Source of the DNA: Emiliania huxleyi CCMP1516
Taxonomy: Eukaryota
Assembly (NCBI RefSeq): GCF_000372725.1
Contig: NW_005201249.1
Location: 210,198-274,197 of the forward strand
Direction: 5' to 3'
Length of the DNA: 64,000 nt
Position numbers and translations under genes: made by a program. How positions within the stretch are numbered: the stretch's first letter is position 1; each line of letters begins with the position of its first letter. Shown in pieces: positions 34,740 to 46,814 of this stretch. The notes beneath the pieces were generated by a model. The model was not told where the DNA came from and searched no databases. It was given only the letters and a program-made list of their open reading frames with translations.

Positions 34740-36586
34740 TCATCTACAGACTCTGTTGGCCGTGCCGTGAACAGGGCACTGTACCTCGGGAAGGTCGTCT
34801 CGCTGCCGTTCCCGCTCCCGTCGATGGGGTTCGCGTGCGACGTCGCTCTGGGCGCCGCTGCGTCTCAGACGGCGCGAACCGTGCGGGCGGCGACGGCGCG
34901 AAGGGAGGCCTACACAGACGGTGCGGGTGCCGGTGAGCTCACGAGCTCCGCACGCGAGGGTTCTTCGGCGGCGCGGGAGGGGCGCCTCGACGGCGAACAG
35001 CGGGAGGAGGAGGAGGCGGAGGAGGGGCGGCGGCGAGGCGCGCATGCCGGCGCGGAAGCCGAGGAGCGCCAGTGCCCAGACGAACGCCTCGCGCCGGGGC
35101 GGCTCTCCGCCGACCACCGGCACGAGCGCGCGCGAGGAGAGGTCGCGCGGCGGCGAGGCGGACGCGGCGGCGGAGCCGAGGCCACGCACCAGCGCCTGCG
35201 CCGTGGAGAGGGGCGCCGGACTCAGCACGCGCTCACACAACAGCCCGCATCGCGCGCGCGCACGCGCGCTACGCCGGCCGCCTGCGCCGACAGCAGCGCG
35301 ACGTGGAGTCGCATCGACGCCGCCTGCAGCCGCACGGCGAGCCAGCAGCCAGCCAGCCGGCCTGCTCGCAGCAGGAGGTGTTGAAGAGTCGCCCCTTTGC
35401 ACGGCGAGCCCGCGGCCAGCTAGTCGGGCCGAAGGCGAAGGTGAGGACACGCTCTGCGGCGCCCGGCGCGACAGTGCCCAGCGCGGCGCACTCGGCCGAC
35501 CCGCCCGACGTGAGGCGGCGGAGCAGCACCTGGCTCGCGGGCGGCGCGGCGGGTGGGAAGAGGCGGGTGGGAAGAGGCGACGCTCTCACGGGAGGTTGCC
35601 CCGCCGCTGCGGCGGCAGGGGAGACTCACCTTGGCCTCTCTGGACGCGCAGGCGCCGAGGCCAGAGATGCGCTCGCCGACGCTTTCCCCGAGCGAGAGCG
35701 CGCGCGCCGCGGAGGAGGTGGCGGCGGAGAGGGAGGCGCCGGCGGCCGCGCACAGCGCCAGGCACAAGTCCCGGAGGGCGAGTGGGTCGTGCGCCGCCGC
35801 CGCCGCGAGAACGGGAGCCGCGCGGCGGGAGGGAGGGAGAGCGTCGAGCTCGCAGCGCACGTCGCGCATCCGCCCGAGGAGCGCGGCGCGGCGCGCCTCC
35901 GCCGCGGTGGTGCGCGCGCTCCTCGGCGCCGCCCTGCCGCCCCTGTGCGCCGAGAGGAATAGGACTCTCTCGGTCGCCTCGCACTCGATCGCGAGGGAGC
36001 GAAGCTCGGAGCGAAGCGCAGCGGCGCGCGCCGCGCGCGCCTCGGTCTCTCTCGGCGGCAGCTCCTTGGCGCGGCGGTACGCCTCGCGCAGCCGCGACAG
36101 CACGCCGCGCACCGCAGCCCACCCAACCCCCGTGAAGGCGCGCACAAAGAGGACCGAGTACGCAAATGGGCCGCCGTACAGCAGGCCGGCGGCGCCGGCG
36201 GCAGCGAGGCACTCGTCGCTGTGGCGGGACCAAAGGGCGGCCGCGGCGCGGGCGCCGCCGGCCACCGGCCTGCCAATGGAGGCGACGCAGCGCTCGAGGT
36301 CCTCCAGGCTGACCTGCTCCGGCGGGAGGGAGGCCGGCGTCAGTGGCGGGGAGCAGGAGCGGGCGCGCAGGCGGCGGCGAGGTGCAGGGAAGAAGCGGCC
36401 AAGCGGCGTGGCCGCGGTGGCGGGGGAACGCACCTCCCCGTCCCTGTCTCGATCGACTGCGCGAAGGAGCGCGGCGCCGGCACGATCGCGAGCGGAGGCG
36501 AGACTTGGAAGCCCGGAGAGACGTGCACCACTCGCCGGCGGCGCGACGAGGAGGAGGGCGGAGAGGAGGAGGCGCGGGACGAACAT
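34740..36586 (-). CDS. Hypothetical multi-exon membrane protein with signal peptide and an EF-hand-like loop
   Basis: MFVPRLLLSALLLVA leader, DRDRDGEV loop and hydrophobic segments. The 3' end is approximate. Confidence 0.45.
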
Positions 36587-37009
36587 ACACTCGGTGTCGA
36601 AAACACCTCTCCGACACTCGTGATTGGCCGCCCCTCCTGGCCGGGCGCGCGCAAAAGAATTTTTTGTGCGACACGATTCACGCGACAGGCGAGGCGCGGG
36701 CGACGGCTTCCAAAAGAATTTTAAACACGCCCTCCGTGTGCCCAGTGTCGTGCCGCGAGGAGCCGTGCAGTGCCTGATAAGTCTGTGTGCTGTGTGGTGC
36801 ACGCCCTCCGCGAGCGAGCGGGGCGGGGTCTGCCCGTCGGGTCGCTGCCCTAATCCCACCAGGGGTTGACTGCTCTATTTATTTATTCGTTCGTGCCGCG
36901 AGGTGGCATGAAGGTTGCAGCGAGAATCGGCGAGAGACTGTGAAGAGAGATAGGAAGAGGCGGACGCCCGAAAGAAAGGGTGGGCGACGGCTAGCGCATC
37001 ACACTCCTC

Positions 37010-39641
37010 AACAACTCTAACACTCAGCTCACACGTCATTTGGGGCCTGGAGCCCTGGCATATAAAGGTTGTTGGAAAACAGAACTTCACCGGAGTTTAA
37101 AGTACGTTGGGGGGACAGCTTTTGACGGCCGACTTCAATTCTGGCCGTTTTTGGACGATCGTTTTGGGGACTGCTGACGCGCTAGCCCCACACTGCCGAT
37201 AAGATGCATACCCTGTTCACGCGCGCGCGAGACGTGCAGACAGGGTTGCCAGGTGAGAGCGAATGGCGCGGTTCACGCCTCGCACAACAGAGAGAGAGAT
37301 GCGCTCTGCTGGGACATAAAAGAAAGCGAGTACTTGGGCGAGTAGGCCGTGCGGTCGACGCTGCCGCGCGCGACTTTGCGCGCGAGGCGGCGCAGCTTGA
37401 GAACGGCGGTGGGCGAGAAGCCGCCGCCGAAAGTCTCGTGGAGCAGCAGGTTGAAGTTGTTGCGCTTGACAAAGATCGCGTCGTGGTAGAAACCGCGATG
37501 CGCCTTGACGTAGCCGTGGCCGGTCTTGTGGGAGAAGGGTTGGCCGGGCTACCCGCGCGCCTTACAGCCCATGTTTAGGCGGCGGGCCTTCTCTTCGGTG
37601 TTACCAAAGGCGTAGGAGTGGCCAACGGAGGCGGGCGTGCCGCCACTCGAGGCGTTGCCAACGCCCGTCGAGGAGGTCTTGAGGAGGGGCGTCCAGAGCT
37701 CGACTTCATTCACTTCATCGCATCCCCCCGGCCCTGCATGGGATTCTGCGAGGTCGGTCTTGTAGCCCTCGTTGTACTGCCGGGTGAGCTCTGGTTTCTC
37801 CTTGTCGCCGTGCACGACCGGCGCGTTGGCCGGGGCGCGCATCGCGTCCGCCCAGGCGGCGAGGACGCCGTCGTGGGGCCGCCGGTGGTGGGCCTTGTTG
37901 TAAAGGTAGTCGCCGAAGAAATCGACTGGCATGCCCCGCTCGAGCGCGACCCGAAGGGTGGGAAGCGCCGCGGAGAGCCAAAGGCCGAGCTTCCGCTGGA
38001 GCTCGTCCTGGAGGGTGTCGGAGGAGAGGGCGGTGGCGTACGTACCGTCGACACGGACATCGAAGGCCTTGCCGGCGAAAGGCGTTGAGGCGGAGACGAG
38101 GCGCGTGGCTTCGCGGTTGTTGACGGCGCTGTCTCCGAGGGACGGGTTGTTGTTGACGGCGCTGTCTCCGAGGGACGGGTTGTTCTTGACGTGCACATCC
38201 CGCGCCTTGACGCAGGTGCGCGAACCAGTCCTTGTGATTCTTGATGGCAGCGAGCGCCCGCGGCCGCGGGTACGTGGATTTGCAAGTGCCATTGAGAATC
38301 GCGTCGGTAGCTGGAAGGGACTCGGGCTCGGGGAGCGGGATGCTCTTGGGGTAGAACTCAGTCAGGTAGCCGCCGCGGACGGTGTAGTACTTGTTTTTGT
38401 CGCGGGCGGTGCGCTTCTCGCACACCTCCTTCCAGTCCGAGAGGGCGGACTCGTAGGTGGCGATAGCTGCGGCGATGGCGGGGTACGTGGACGCACCTCC
38501 CTCGTCGAGGGCGAAGTCGGGGTTGTGGGCGACGAGGGTGCGCCAGTTCTTGAGGAGCGACATGGAGAAGTCGCTGTCGGCTCGCGAGAAGGCGGTGTCG
38601 ATGTTGCACCCGCCCATCTCGGTCGGCAGCTGCGCCAGGAGCCACGCGAGGTCGCGGAGCGCCTGGGGCGCGAGGCGTCGGCGCAAGCAATGCTCTCAAA
38701 GGACTTGCGGATGCGGTTGTGCGCAAACTCGAGAGCCTCGCACGCGACATTGGGCGGCGTGATGCCGGCAATGTACTTGGTCTTTGCGCAGGCAATCCGT
38801 TTGACGAGGTTGAGGCGGAGCTGCGAGGTGTTCGTGACGCAGTCAGTGTCGACGATCGTGTCGATGACGTCGAGCGGCGCGAGCTTCTTCCTGAGGTGCG
38901 CGGTGAGCTCCTTTTTGCAGGCTTCAGGGTCGCCAAAGAAGGTGCCGACGGCCTTGAAGCAGTCCACTCGCCCCGTGGGTTTGCCCTCCTTGTCGCGGTG
39001 CGCGGGCGAGCCCCGGAGCCAGCCCGGCGCGCAAGAGAGGTCGCCCTCGGGCGAGTAGATGAGCGACTTGCTGACGCCGTCGAAGACGCTCGCTCCCTCC
39101 TTCTGCGCCTCGAGGAGGCCCTTTGGTCCGGAGTAGGCGTCGACGGCGTGCGAGGGCTCGTCGTTCTGGCAGATGTCGTCCGCAAAACCGATGAGGCGCG
39201 TGGTCGGGTTGTCTTGGCGTGGCAGACGGGCGCAACGGCGTGGCAGATGTCGTGGAGGAAGCAGACGCTGAGGATGGTGGACAGCGCACGTCCCTGGATG
39301 ACCCCGCAGGCGGACTTGGCGTAGTTGGGGTCGTTGTAGTCGGGGCACTCGAGGCTGAGTGGGTCCCAATCGGCGGCGGAGAAGTCCAGGTCGCCGCCGT
39401 CGGCGGACGGCAGCCGCAAGGCGCCCTCGGCCTTGACAAGGCGGATGAAGCTGGGCGTGCCCATGATGAGGCGAGCGACGGGTAGGAGGTCAGGGCGTCG
39501 CTTGCGGATCCAGTCGAGGAGCTTGACGTGCCCACAGCCGTTGGGGTCAGGCTTGTTGTCGGCCGTGAGCGCCTGGGCGATCGTGTTGTAGAAGTTCTCC
39601 TTGTCGCCCGAGATGGTCGCGGTCTTGCTAAACATCTCTCT
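37010..39641 (-). mobile_element. 5'-truncated, frameshifted CRE-like non-LTR retrotransposon (partial RT plus RLE) with an 8-bp TSD
   Basis: RT motifs DKENFYNT, GVIQGRALS, FADD and FKAVG; post-RT QLPTEMGG; RLE region RRPHD...LLLHETFGGGFSP. CACTCCTC at 37002-37009 and 39642-39649. Confidence 0.85.
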
Positions 39642-39905
39642 CACTCCTCTCCTTAAATAAAACGCAGGGGCATCTTTTAGCGGAGCCCTACAGAAACACG
39701 CACGCGTTCGGCGGCTCGGCGGAGCGACTACGCGTTCGGCGGCTCTGCGATGGTTTCGGAAGGCTTGGACTCGCGAGGAAAAAGAAAACGGTGCAAGTCT
39801 CCCCTCGAAATTAATTTATTTTATGAAGACCTGCTTCACCCATCCTGCTTCGCCTTGCTCCCCCGCCGAAAGAAAAGCGAAAAGCCGTAAACGGCGTCTT
39901 CCAAA

Positions 39906-40874
39906 ATGCGCGTCTTCTTCGTCTTCTTCGTCTCTGCCCTTCTTCTCGGCTGCGCCACCGGCGAGCCGCCCGCCAAGAGGTTGGCGGAAGGGGTCACGGG
40001 CCTGTCGCGCCCGCCGTCTCCCGCAGCTCGCCGCCAGCTGGTCGAGACGAGCGACGTCGACCACGAGTCTCCGCCATCGCCACCAGAGTCGTCTGGTGCG
40101 CCGTTTTGCGGCACCGGAGATGGCAGTCTCAAGCCGGAGGCTATCATCCTGCAGGACTCCATGGTGGGATCAATCGAGTACCTGGGTGATGGAGGGAAAG
40201 AGATGACAATACTCAACGGGCGAAAGTCGAAGCCTACTCTCGAGAAAGACGGCTTCGAGCTGCTGCAGCTCGAGGCGCCGCTTCTTTGGCGAAGCGAGAT
40301 CATGGATGGTCATGATCCTGTCGAGCTCGAGGATCATGAATACGAGCGCGTGGCTGAGGTAGTAAAAAGACGTACGAACGCCCAAGAAGTGCATGTGTTT
40401 CGACATACATTTCGTCGTTCGGGTCTGACGCATCAGCGCGGCGCTCATTCAGACACCTTTGCGTTTCGGCAGCAGGGGGCCGCCTTCAGGAATGCAAAGG
40501 CCAAGCGCGTAATAGGTTGGAACGTGTGGACCTCGTTGGACCCGGCACACGCCGTGCAGCGCGATCCCCTTGCTCTTTTGTCGGCGGCATCTCTAGACCC
40601 GCAAGCAAAGTTCTTCCCCTTACTGAAGGCGTATCCCAGGCACGAATGGCACTATTTCCCCAACATGACGAATCGCGAAGCAATCCTCTTCAAACAGTGG
40701 GACAGCGACTCCACAGTGAAACTTGAGATTGGAGACGCCTCATCACACGGGGGCTGGGAGCCGTCGCCAGATATCACATCCAACTACGTGTATCACCAGG
40801 CAGTCGACATTGGGAACCAGGATGCGCCTCCTCGGCGCAGCGCAGATTTCCGATGTCTTGCTCTTTACTACTGA
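39906..40874 (+). CDS. CmcJ/NvfI (asaB-like) oxidoreductase with signal peptide, intronless
   Basis: DGFEL, VFRHTFRR, AHSD, WNVW, RDPLAL, HEWHYFPNMTNREAILFKQWDS, HQA and RRSADFR motifs. Confidence 0.85.
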   Translation: MRVFFVFFVSALLLGCATGEPPAKRLAEGVTGLSRPPSPAARRQLVETSDVDHESPPSPPESSGAPFCGTGDGSLKPEAIILQDSMVGSIEYLGDGGKEMTILNGRKSKPTLEKDGFELLQLEAPLLWRSEIMDGHDPVELEDHEYERVAEVVKRRTNAQEVHVFRHTFRRSGLTHQRGAHSDTFAFRQQGAAFRNAKAKRVIGWNVWTSLDPAHAVQRDPLALLSAASLDPQAKFFPLLKAYPRHEWHYFPNMTNREAILFKQWDSDSTVKLEIGDASSHGGWEPSPDITSNYVYHQAVDIGNQDAPPRRSADFRCLALYY

Positions 40875-41239
40875 GAAGGGACGCATTCGATCGTCATTCG
40901 AGGCTATAGCCAAGTACTAGCCTCTTGAAAAACTACGGCTCTAAGAAGATAATCTTTGACTTTAGCAAACATGTTTAGAACTTTCTCCAACTCACCCGGG
41001 GACGGACGTGCTGGCTGCTCCCATCCAGAGCACGCCTCTTCCGAGAAACGCACGGCGTTCGGCGGCTCGGGCCTCGGCGGAGCGACTACGCACGCGTTCG
41101 GCGGGGCCTTGTGTGTGAGCCTGTTTGTGTCTGTGTGTCGCTCGTGCGCGTCGTCATCATCTGTCCCGCGTCCACCCATACCGCGCTGGTGTCCAGTCCG
41201 AGCCTGGCTGTTCTTCACCTTTCTTGAGCACTTGAGCAC

Positions 41240-41567
41240 TTGATAGGGTCGATTCCGCATGGTACGGGACCCCTCGATCGTCTCGCCCACCCTCACTGGT
41301 GTGTTCATTGGGGGGGGGGGGGTCATAACAAACACGGTACAGGATCGAGGTGCACGCTGCAGAAGCAGTGCCGTCCCCCCTCTCCCCGACGGCGATGGCG
41401 GTGTGACCGATCTTCTGCGGGCCGTCGGGTGCCTTGTACGCACCCCAGGTGCCAGTCTTGTACCCGTCCATCACGATGCTGCTCCGCGAGCCGCGGAGCG
41501 CAGACGCCGGCGCGGTGAAGGCGGCGGCGAGCGCGAGGCACAGCGCGAGGAGGAGGAAGCGGAACAT
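41240..41567 (-). CDS. Small plastid-targeted protein, copy A
   Basis: Bipartite presequence MFRFLLLALCLALAAAF-TAPASALRGSRSSIVM with an ASAF-like cleavage site. The 3' exon and stop are uncertain. Confidence 0.6.
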
Positions 41568-42419
41568 CTGTGCGGTGTGCGGTGCGTCAGAAAGGTGAAT
41601 GGCAACCTCTGGGAGCACCTGCGATCTGCGAGACGCACATCTCTTGAGAACAACCGAGGCGAGTCACAGGGAGCAATTTCACACCAGCTGTTTCACAGCC
41701 TTGTTATTGAGAAAAAAAATACCTCTTCGCCATACCGCGTTGGTGTCCCAGTCGTTGGTCGGACTGTGTTTCGCCTTCCCATCAATCAATCAGTCGGACT
41801 GTGTTTCGGTCGGTCTGTGTTCTTACGGCGCACGTCGCGCCGCATGGTGGCCGCGCTGCGCCGCTCGCCGCTGGCGCGCGGTTGAACGCGGCGCCGACTC
41901 CGCGGCGGCGCCATCTCACGCAGCGGGGCGCGTCGCGTCGTCGGCGCCAAAACATCAACCGTCTACTTCTCCTTCTCTTCTCGTCTCGTCTCGTCTTGTC
42001 GCAGGCGCACACGCGCGCGACGTGCGCTCGTGTCGCCGCGTTCGCTCCGCGAAGGGCGATTCGAACCGGGAGCCAGTCGGCGCGGCGGCGGCACGCGGCG
42101 GCAAAACGCACGACGCTCACCTCATGGAGATACTGCTGCTTTGGCACCTCCTGATATAATGCTGATTTTTTGCTGAGCGGGGCGGAGGCACGCGGGCGGC
42201 GGAGGCGGCGGCGGACGACGTCTACTACCTGGCTGTCCCCTGTGGTAGCTTAGCGATCAGGGAGGATCTACCTGTTCGGCCTCGAGGAAGCTGCTGGGGG
42301 AGAGAGGGGGGGAGAGAGGAGAGGAGGAGAGGGGAGAGGATGAGAAGAGGAGAGGAGAGGAGAGGAGAGAGGAGGAGAGAGGAGAGAGGAGGAGGGGGAG
42401 AGGAGAGAAGAGGGGAGGG

Positions 42420-43171
42420 GGTGAGAGGGAGGGAGGGAGGGAGGGAGAGAGAGGGCGGAGCGAGCAGAGAGAGAGGAGAGCCTTTGAGCCTTGGCACCAG
42501 CCAGGCAGTTGATTTGGCCCTGGCACCAGCCTTGGCAGTTGAGTTGGCCTTGGCACCAGCCTTGGCGGGCGGGCACGCGGGACATGCACAGACACCAAGG
42601 GGCGCGGCGCCGACCTTGATTGCGGCGCAGGTGGGGGGACGGGAAGTCCGTCGGCGTTGCCGGGGGCCCAAGGAAGCGCGAGGGAAAAAATCCGCCGCTG
42701 AGGGCGCTCGTGCGGCAATAGCCGGGTGGAGGGGGGAGCGTGCCGGACGGGGCGTCGTCGCGCCGTCCGATGGTCTGCTGCCCCGCGCAGCAACCGTCGG
42801 GCGACGACCCGGGGGCCAAAAACCCGGTGACGACGGCGCTCTGGATGGGGCGTGACCTCCTGCCTCCAACCTCCTTCCTTTTTGAGCAGGTGTGACGCCG
42901 CGCGAGCGACGCTCCGAGATCGCCCGAGATAGCGCGGCGCGGCCCCGAGATCGCCCGAGATAGCGCGAGATCGCCCGAGATCGCGCGGCGCGGCCCGGGG
43001 CGAGGTGAGTGGGTTGGGAGCGAGGGGGCGGAAGTGACCAGTGCGGTAGATGGTAAGCTCGAGGCGCGTGAGCCGGACCTGTGAGCCGGACCACCCCCTC
43101 TTGTTCCCTGCGTTGTTGAGCCAGGACTCAACATACTCGCGGGCTTTCATCCCAAACTGTCACTCCCCTTT
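42420..43171. mobile_element. Dispersed ~750-bp repeat V, copy 1
   Basis: GA-rich run, ~30-bp TTGGCACCAGCC subrepeats and a GAGATCGCCC satellite; both ends match 57420-58231 while the middle differs. Confidence 0.8.
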
Positions 43172-43434
43172 CTCCCGGCCGAGGTGGGGCGCGCGCGGGG
43201 GCGGCGGGTGTGCGGGATGTCTGTGGGCCCGAGAGCGATATGCCATGTCCGCCTTGCGTTTGTTTCATCACATCGAAGGCTAAGCTCAAAAAGAAAGCAC
43301 AGTACAGTTGGATTTCCAAGAGATCGCTCGCACCAGAGAGCACCTCTAACACGCCCCACTGGATAGGGCCTCCCGACAACGCACCGACGGTGCACGCGCC
43401 TCACCACTCTTGGTCATCCCTGCCCGCAGAAACC

Positions 43435-43842
43435 ATGTTCCGCTTCCTCCTCCTCGCGCTGTGCCTCGCGCTCGCCGCCGCCTTCACCGCGCCGGCGTCT
43501 GCGCTCCGCGGCTCGCGGAGCAGCATTGTCATGTCTGGCCCCAACGCTCAGAAGCCTGGCAAGGCCGGCAACCCGCTGTGAGGCTGAATAGATGCTCCGA
43601 CTCCGACAGGAACACCCGACAGCCGCAGCGGCAAAGGCATCAAGCTCACGCGCATCACCTTCCGATCCAGGTGGGGCTACACCGTGGGCTCGCGTGCGCC
43701 CGACGCCGCCGTCTCCTCGGGCACCACCCAGTCGGAGGAGGCCGAGTGGAAGAAGACCTTCCTCGGCGGTCTGTTTGCCAAGAAGCCGGCGCCACCGCCC
43801 AAGACCAAGGGCTCCCGCATGAAGCGCCCCGGCACCATCTAG
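43435..43842 (+). CDS. Small plastid-targeted protein, copy B (intron 43578-43670)
   Basis: Same presequence as copy A. A GT-AG splice gives ...AGNPLWGYTVGSRAP...KRPGTI, ending at TAG 43840-43842. Confidence 0.7.
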
Positions 43843-44439
43843 AGCAGCAACAGGCGCGGTGCAATAGCAGATTAGGCACTAGAGATGCCCGCGCGAGCAC
43901 GCTGCGCGTGCGGCTCTGGCCGGACCGGGCGCCGGCTCCTCTCGGCAACTTGAAGGCGGGCGCCCGCCCCGACACACCGACCCGGGCCGCGCATCTGTGC
44001 ACGTGCTCAGTGCTTGGTGCATTCTTGTATCAAATCGTTTCGTAGATGGTAGCCCAAACACCAAATTTGATAGATGGTAGCCCAAACACCACAATCGTCC
44101 TGAAGAAGCACGGCTCTCGTCGCTCAATGAAAAGCAGAGGTCCGCGCGCCGCCCCCGTCTGAATTTCCCCGCGCCGTTGCAACCCCGCAACCCCCCGCAC
44201 CCAGAGCACAACCCCCGCCGCCGACGACGTCCTCACGCGCCATGGGCCAAGCATGGGCCTTCCTCACCTCCGTCCTCGCCAGCCGCGCCTCCGCCCAAAG
44301 GCCTAGGCCCCACACGGAGGCACCGCAGCCGGCCCGACGCCGTCCAGGGGCGCGGGGTCTGGCGCGATCGCAGTGGCCGCCGCCGCCACCTGCTGCTCCG
44401 CCACTTGCTCCTCCGCCACCTGCTGCTGCTCGGCCATTT

Positions 44440-44565
44440 GGGCCGCGAGCGACGTGGCGGGCGCCTCGCCGACTGCCGCGGCGTGTGCGGCCGCGGCCTT
44501 CTCCGCCGACTGAAACGCGCCGAGCGAGCGCAGCGCGCCGTCGCGCATCACCTTGGCGACAACCG
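44440..44565 (-). pseudogene. AP2-domain relic (C-terminal half)
   Basis: VAKVMRDGALRSLGAFQSAEKAAAAHAAA resembles the AP2 LG.F.TAEEAA.AY pattern; the N-terminal half is missing. Confidence 0.5.
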
Positions 44566-45403
44566 TGAGAGATGGGGAGAGAGGGCGTACTGGAATGATC
44601 CCAGCGGCACACGTCTACGAGGGGGGGCTCCGAAAGGTCGGCATGCCTGACCTCCCCCCCGCTTGTCCACCCGGCGTGAGGGGCGGGAGCGCAGCCATTC
44701 CAACGGCTGGAGAGTTTCTGAACGGCCGTGCATGCATCTGCATGCCGGCTTACTAAGAATTTCCCTCGCTCCTGCTCCTCTCTCGGAAGACGCGCGCCGG
44801 CCTGGGGGACTCGCTTGCGATCCCGCTCCAGCCAGAGGCCGCGTGAGGCGCGTGGGACGGTGTACGCTGGGGCTCGGCCCCAAGTGCACTGGCCTCGCGT
44901 CTCGAGGGGAGGACGGCTCGTAACTGAGGTCCTGCGGAGACAGTCGTCCTCCCCTCAACCCGACGAGAGTGGGCTGGCAGTCCCCGTGGCTGCGCAGTCG
45001 CGCTTCCGAGCCGACTCCGCCCCTCTCTCCACCCGGCCATTCCAACGTGGCCAGGCCGCTCGCTTAAGGCTGATTGGCTAGACGAGCGGCCTACCTCCAA
45101 CGGGGTAGTCTGGATCACGGGGGATGACATCCTGCCTCCCGGCACGCCGGGAGGAGGTGGGTGCTCCGCCGCCGGACCGCCCTCTCCACCACCCTCCTCG
45201 CCCAGGGATCTACAACGCTGTCTCTTAAGGTCCGACAGGTTCGGCACCGGGCACCGCCTCGGTATACAAAATGCGCCTGCGGGCGGACCCTCACAGATCA
45301 CAGATCACAAAGAAAGAAAACAGACAACCCAAGGGGGGGATGGGAGGACGGCACGCCGCCACCACACAGGGATTTTAAACAGTACACTCTACATCGTCTG
45401 CAC

Positions 45404-45479
45404 GCACTTGGAGCACTTGGAGTGCAGTCATTAACCGCACATCCAGGGCCGGGGAGCTAAGAAGCGCACCCAGCGGGCC
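45404..45479 (+). repeat. Dispersed module X, copy 2
   Basis: Matches the reverse complement of 32255-32330. Confidence 0.9.
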
Positions 45480-45516
45480 GCATGTGGCGGTAAAATTCTT
45501 CTTCGCGACCCTGCCG

Positions 45517-46736
45517 ATGCTGGGCGTGCTACTACGCCGCTCCCTAATCCGTGCGCCTGCTCACGTTTCTTTCCCCGTTCGGCATCGCCGCGGTCATTCG
45601 TGGCTAGCAGCAGCCGCCGTGGCTGGTGCGGCTCTGGCGTCGGCCTCCCAGTGCGACTCTGAGCTGGACGACTCTGAGGAGGCAACCGCGCTGGCCGCGC
45701 TTGTGCAATCGCTGCGGCGGTTAGCCGACTGGGCCTCCCTCGAGCCGGCGTGGCGGCAGTTCCGCCACGCCAGGGGCGGCGGCGACGCGTGCGCGCTCGC
45801 CTACCTCCGCACCGGCGGCAACGATCCTGAGGCGGCGGCAGTGCGCATTGCCGACACGCTCTCGTTCCGACAGGCGAATGGCCTCGTCGCGGACGACGCC
45901 GAGCTCTGGAGAGCTGTGGAGGAGCACCCGGCGAGGGACCGGTGGCCGTTCGCCTACCTGCCCGGCAGCGAGGTGCCAGACGGGAGCCCTGTCTGCTACG
46001 CGAGGCTGTCGCAGCTGCAGGTGGCGGCGACGCTCGCCGCGTTTGACGAGGAGGAGCTGATGCACTTCGTCGCGCTCTGGTTCGAGGGCGCGCAGCGGCT
46101 GCTCGGCGACAGCAGCCGGCGGCGCGGCGATCCCGTCCGCGGCACGTACGATGTGTACGACTGCGCCGACCTCTCTGCCTGGAGCTTCCTCTCGGAGGTG
46201 ACACTTCCGAGACACTTCTCGAGACACCTCGTCGACCCTAGGGGCCTGACTCCGAGGTGGCCCCTCTGGTCCCTCCCGCGGGAGACAGCCGCGCATCAGA
46301 CCGAGTGTCGAGCCCTCTCCCGGTGCCCCACCCCCAGCCACTCCACCCACGCCACCCGCCCCCTCCCGGAGGTGCGAGCCCACCGGCCGGCGATCAAGCG
46401 CATCTTCGCCATTGGGAGCGAGCACTTCCCCGACCTGCTCTACAAGTGCTACGTCCTCAACGCGCCCACCGTCGCCGCGCTGGTCTGGCGGTGCGCGGCG
46501 CGGGGGAGGGGGAGGCGGCTAGGGCGGCGGTGTGTGCGCACCCTCTCCCGTCGAGAGCGCCCTCTCCCTCCTCTCCCTCTGGCAGGTGCGTCGCGCCCTT
46601 CATGAGCGAGCAGGCGCAGGCCAAGGTCTGCATCTCCCGCGGCGTGCCGCCAGAGCTGGCCGAGGCGCTCGGCGGCGAGGCGGCGGTGCGACGCATGGTG
46701 GCGCTCGTGTCAGAGGAGGGGGAGGGGGTCGCGTGA
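45517..46736 (+). CDS. CRAL-TRIO/Sec14 lipid-binding protein with a possible mitochondrial presequence
   Basis: LAYLRT...TLSFR CRAL-N-like segment; EHFPDLLYKCYVLNAP and VAPFMSEQAQAKV; two introns. Confidence 0.85.
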
Positions 46737-46814
46737 AGGCTGGACGCGTTTACGAGCGGATAAGCCCGATCAAAAGAAAACGTATCGCTGGCTCACCGCG
46801 ATGTCGGGGCCGCG

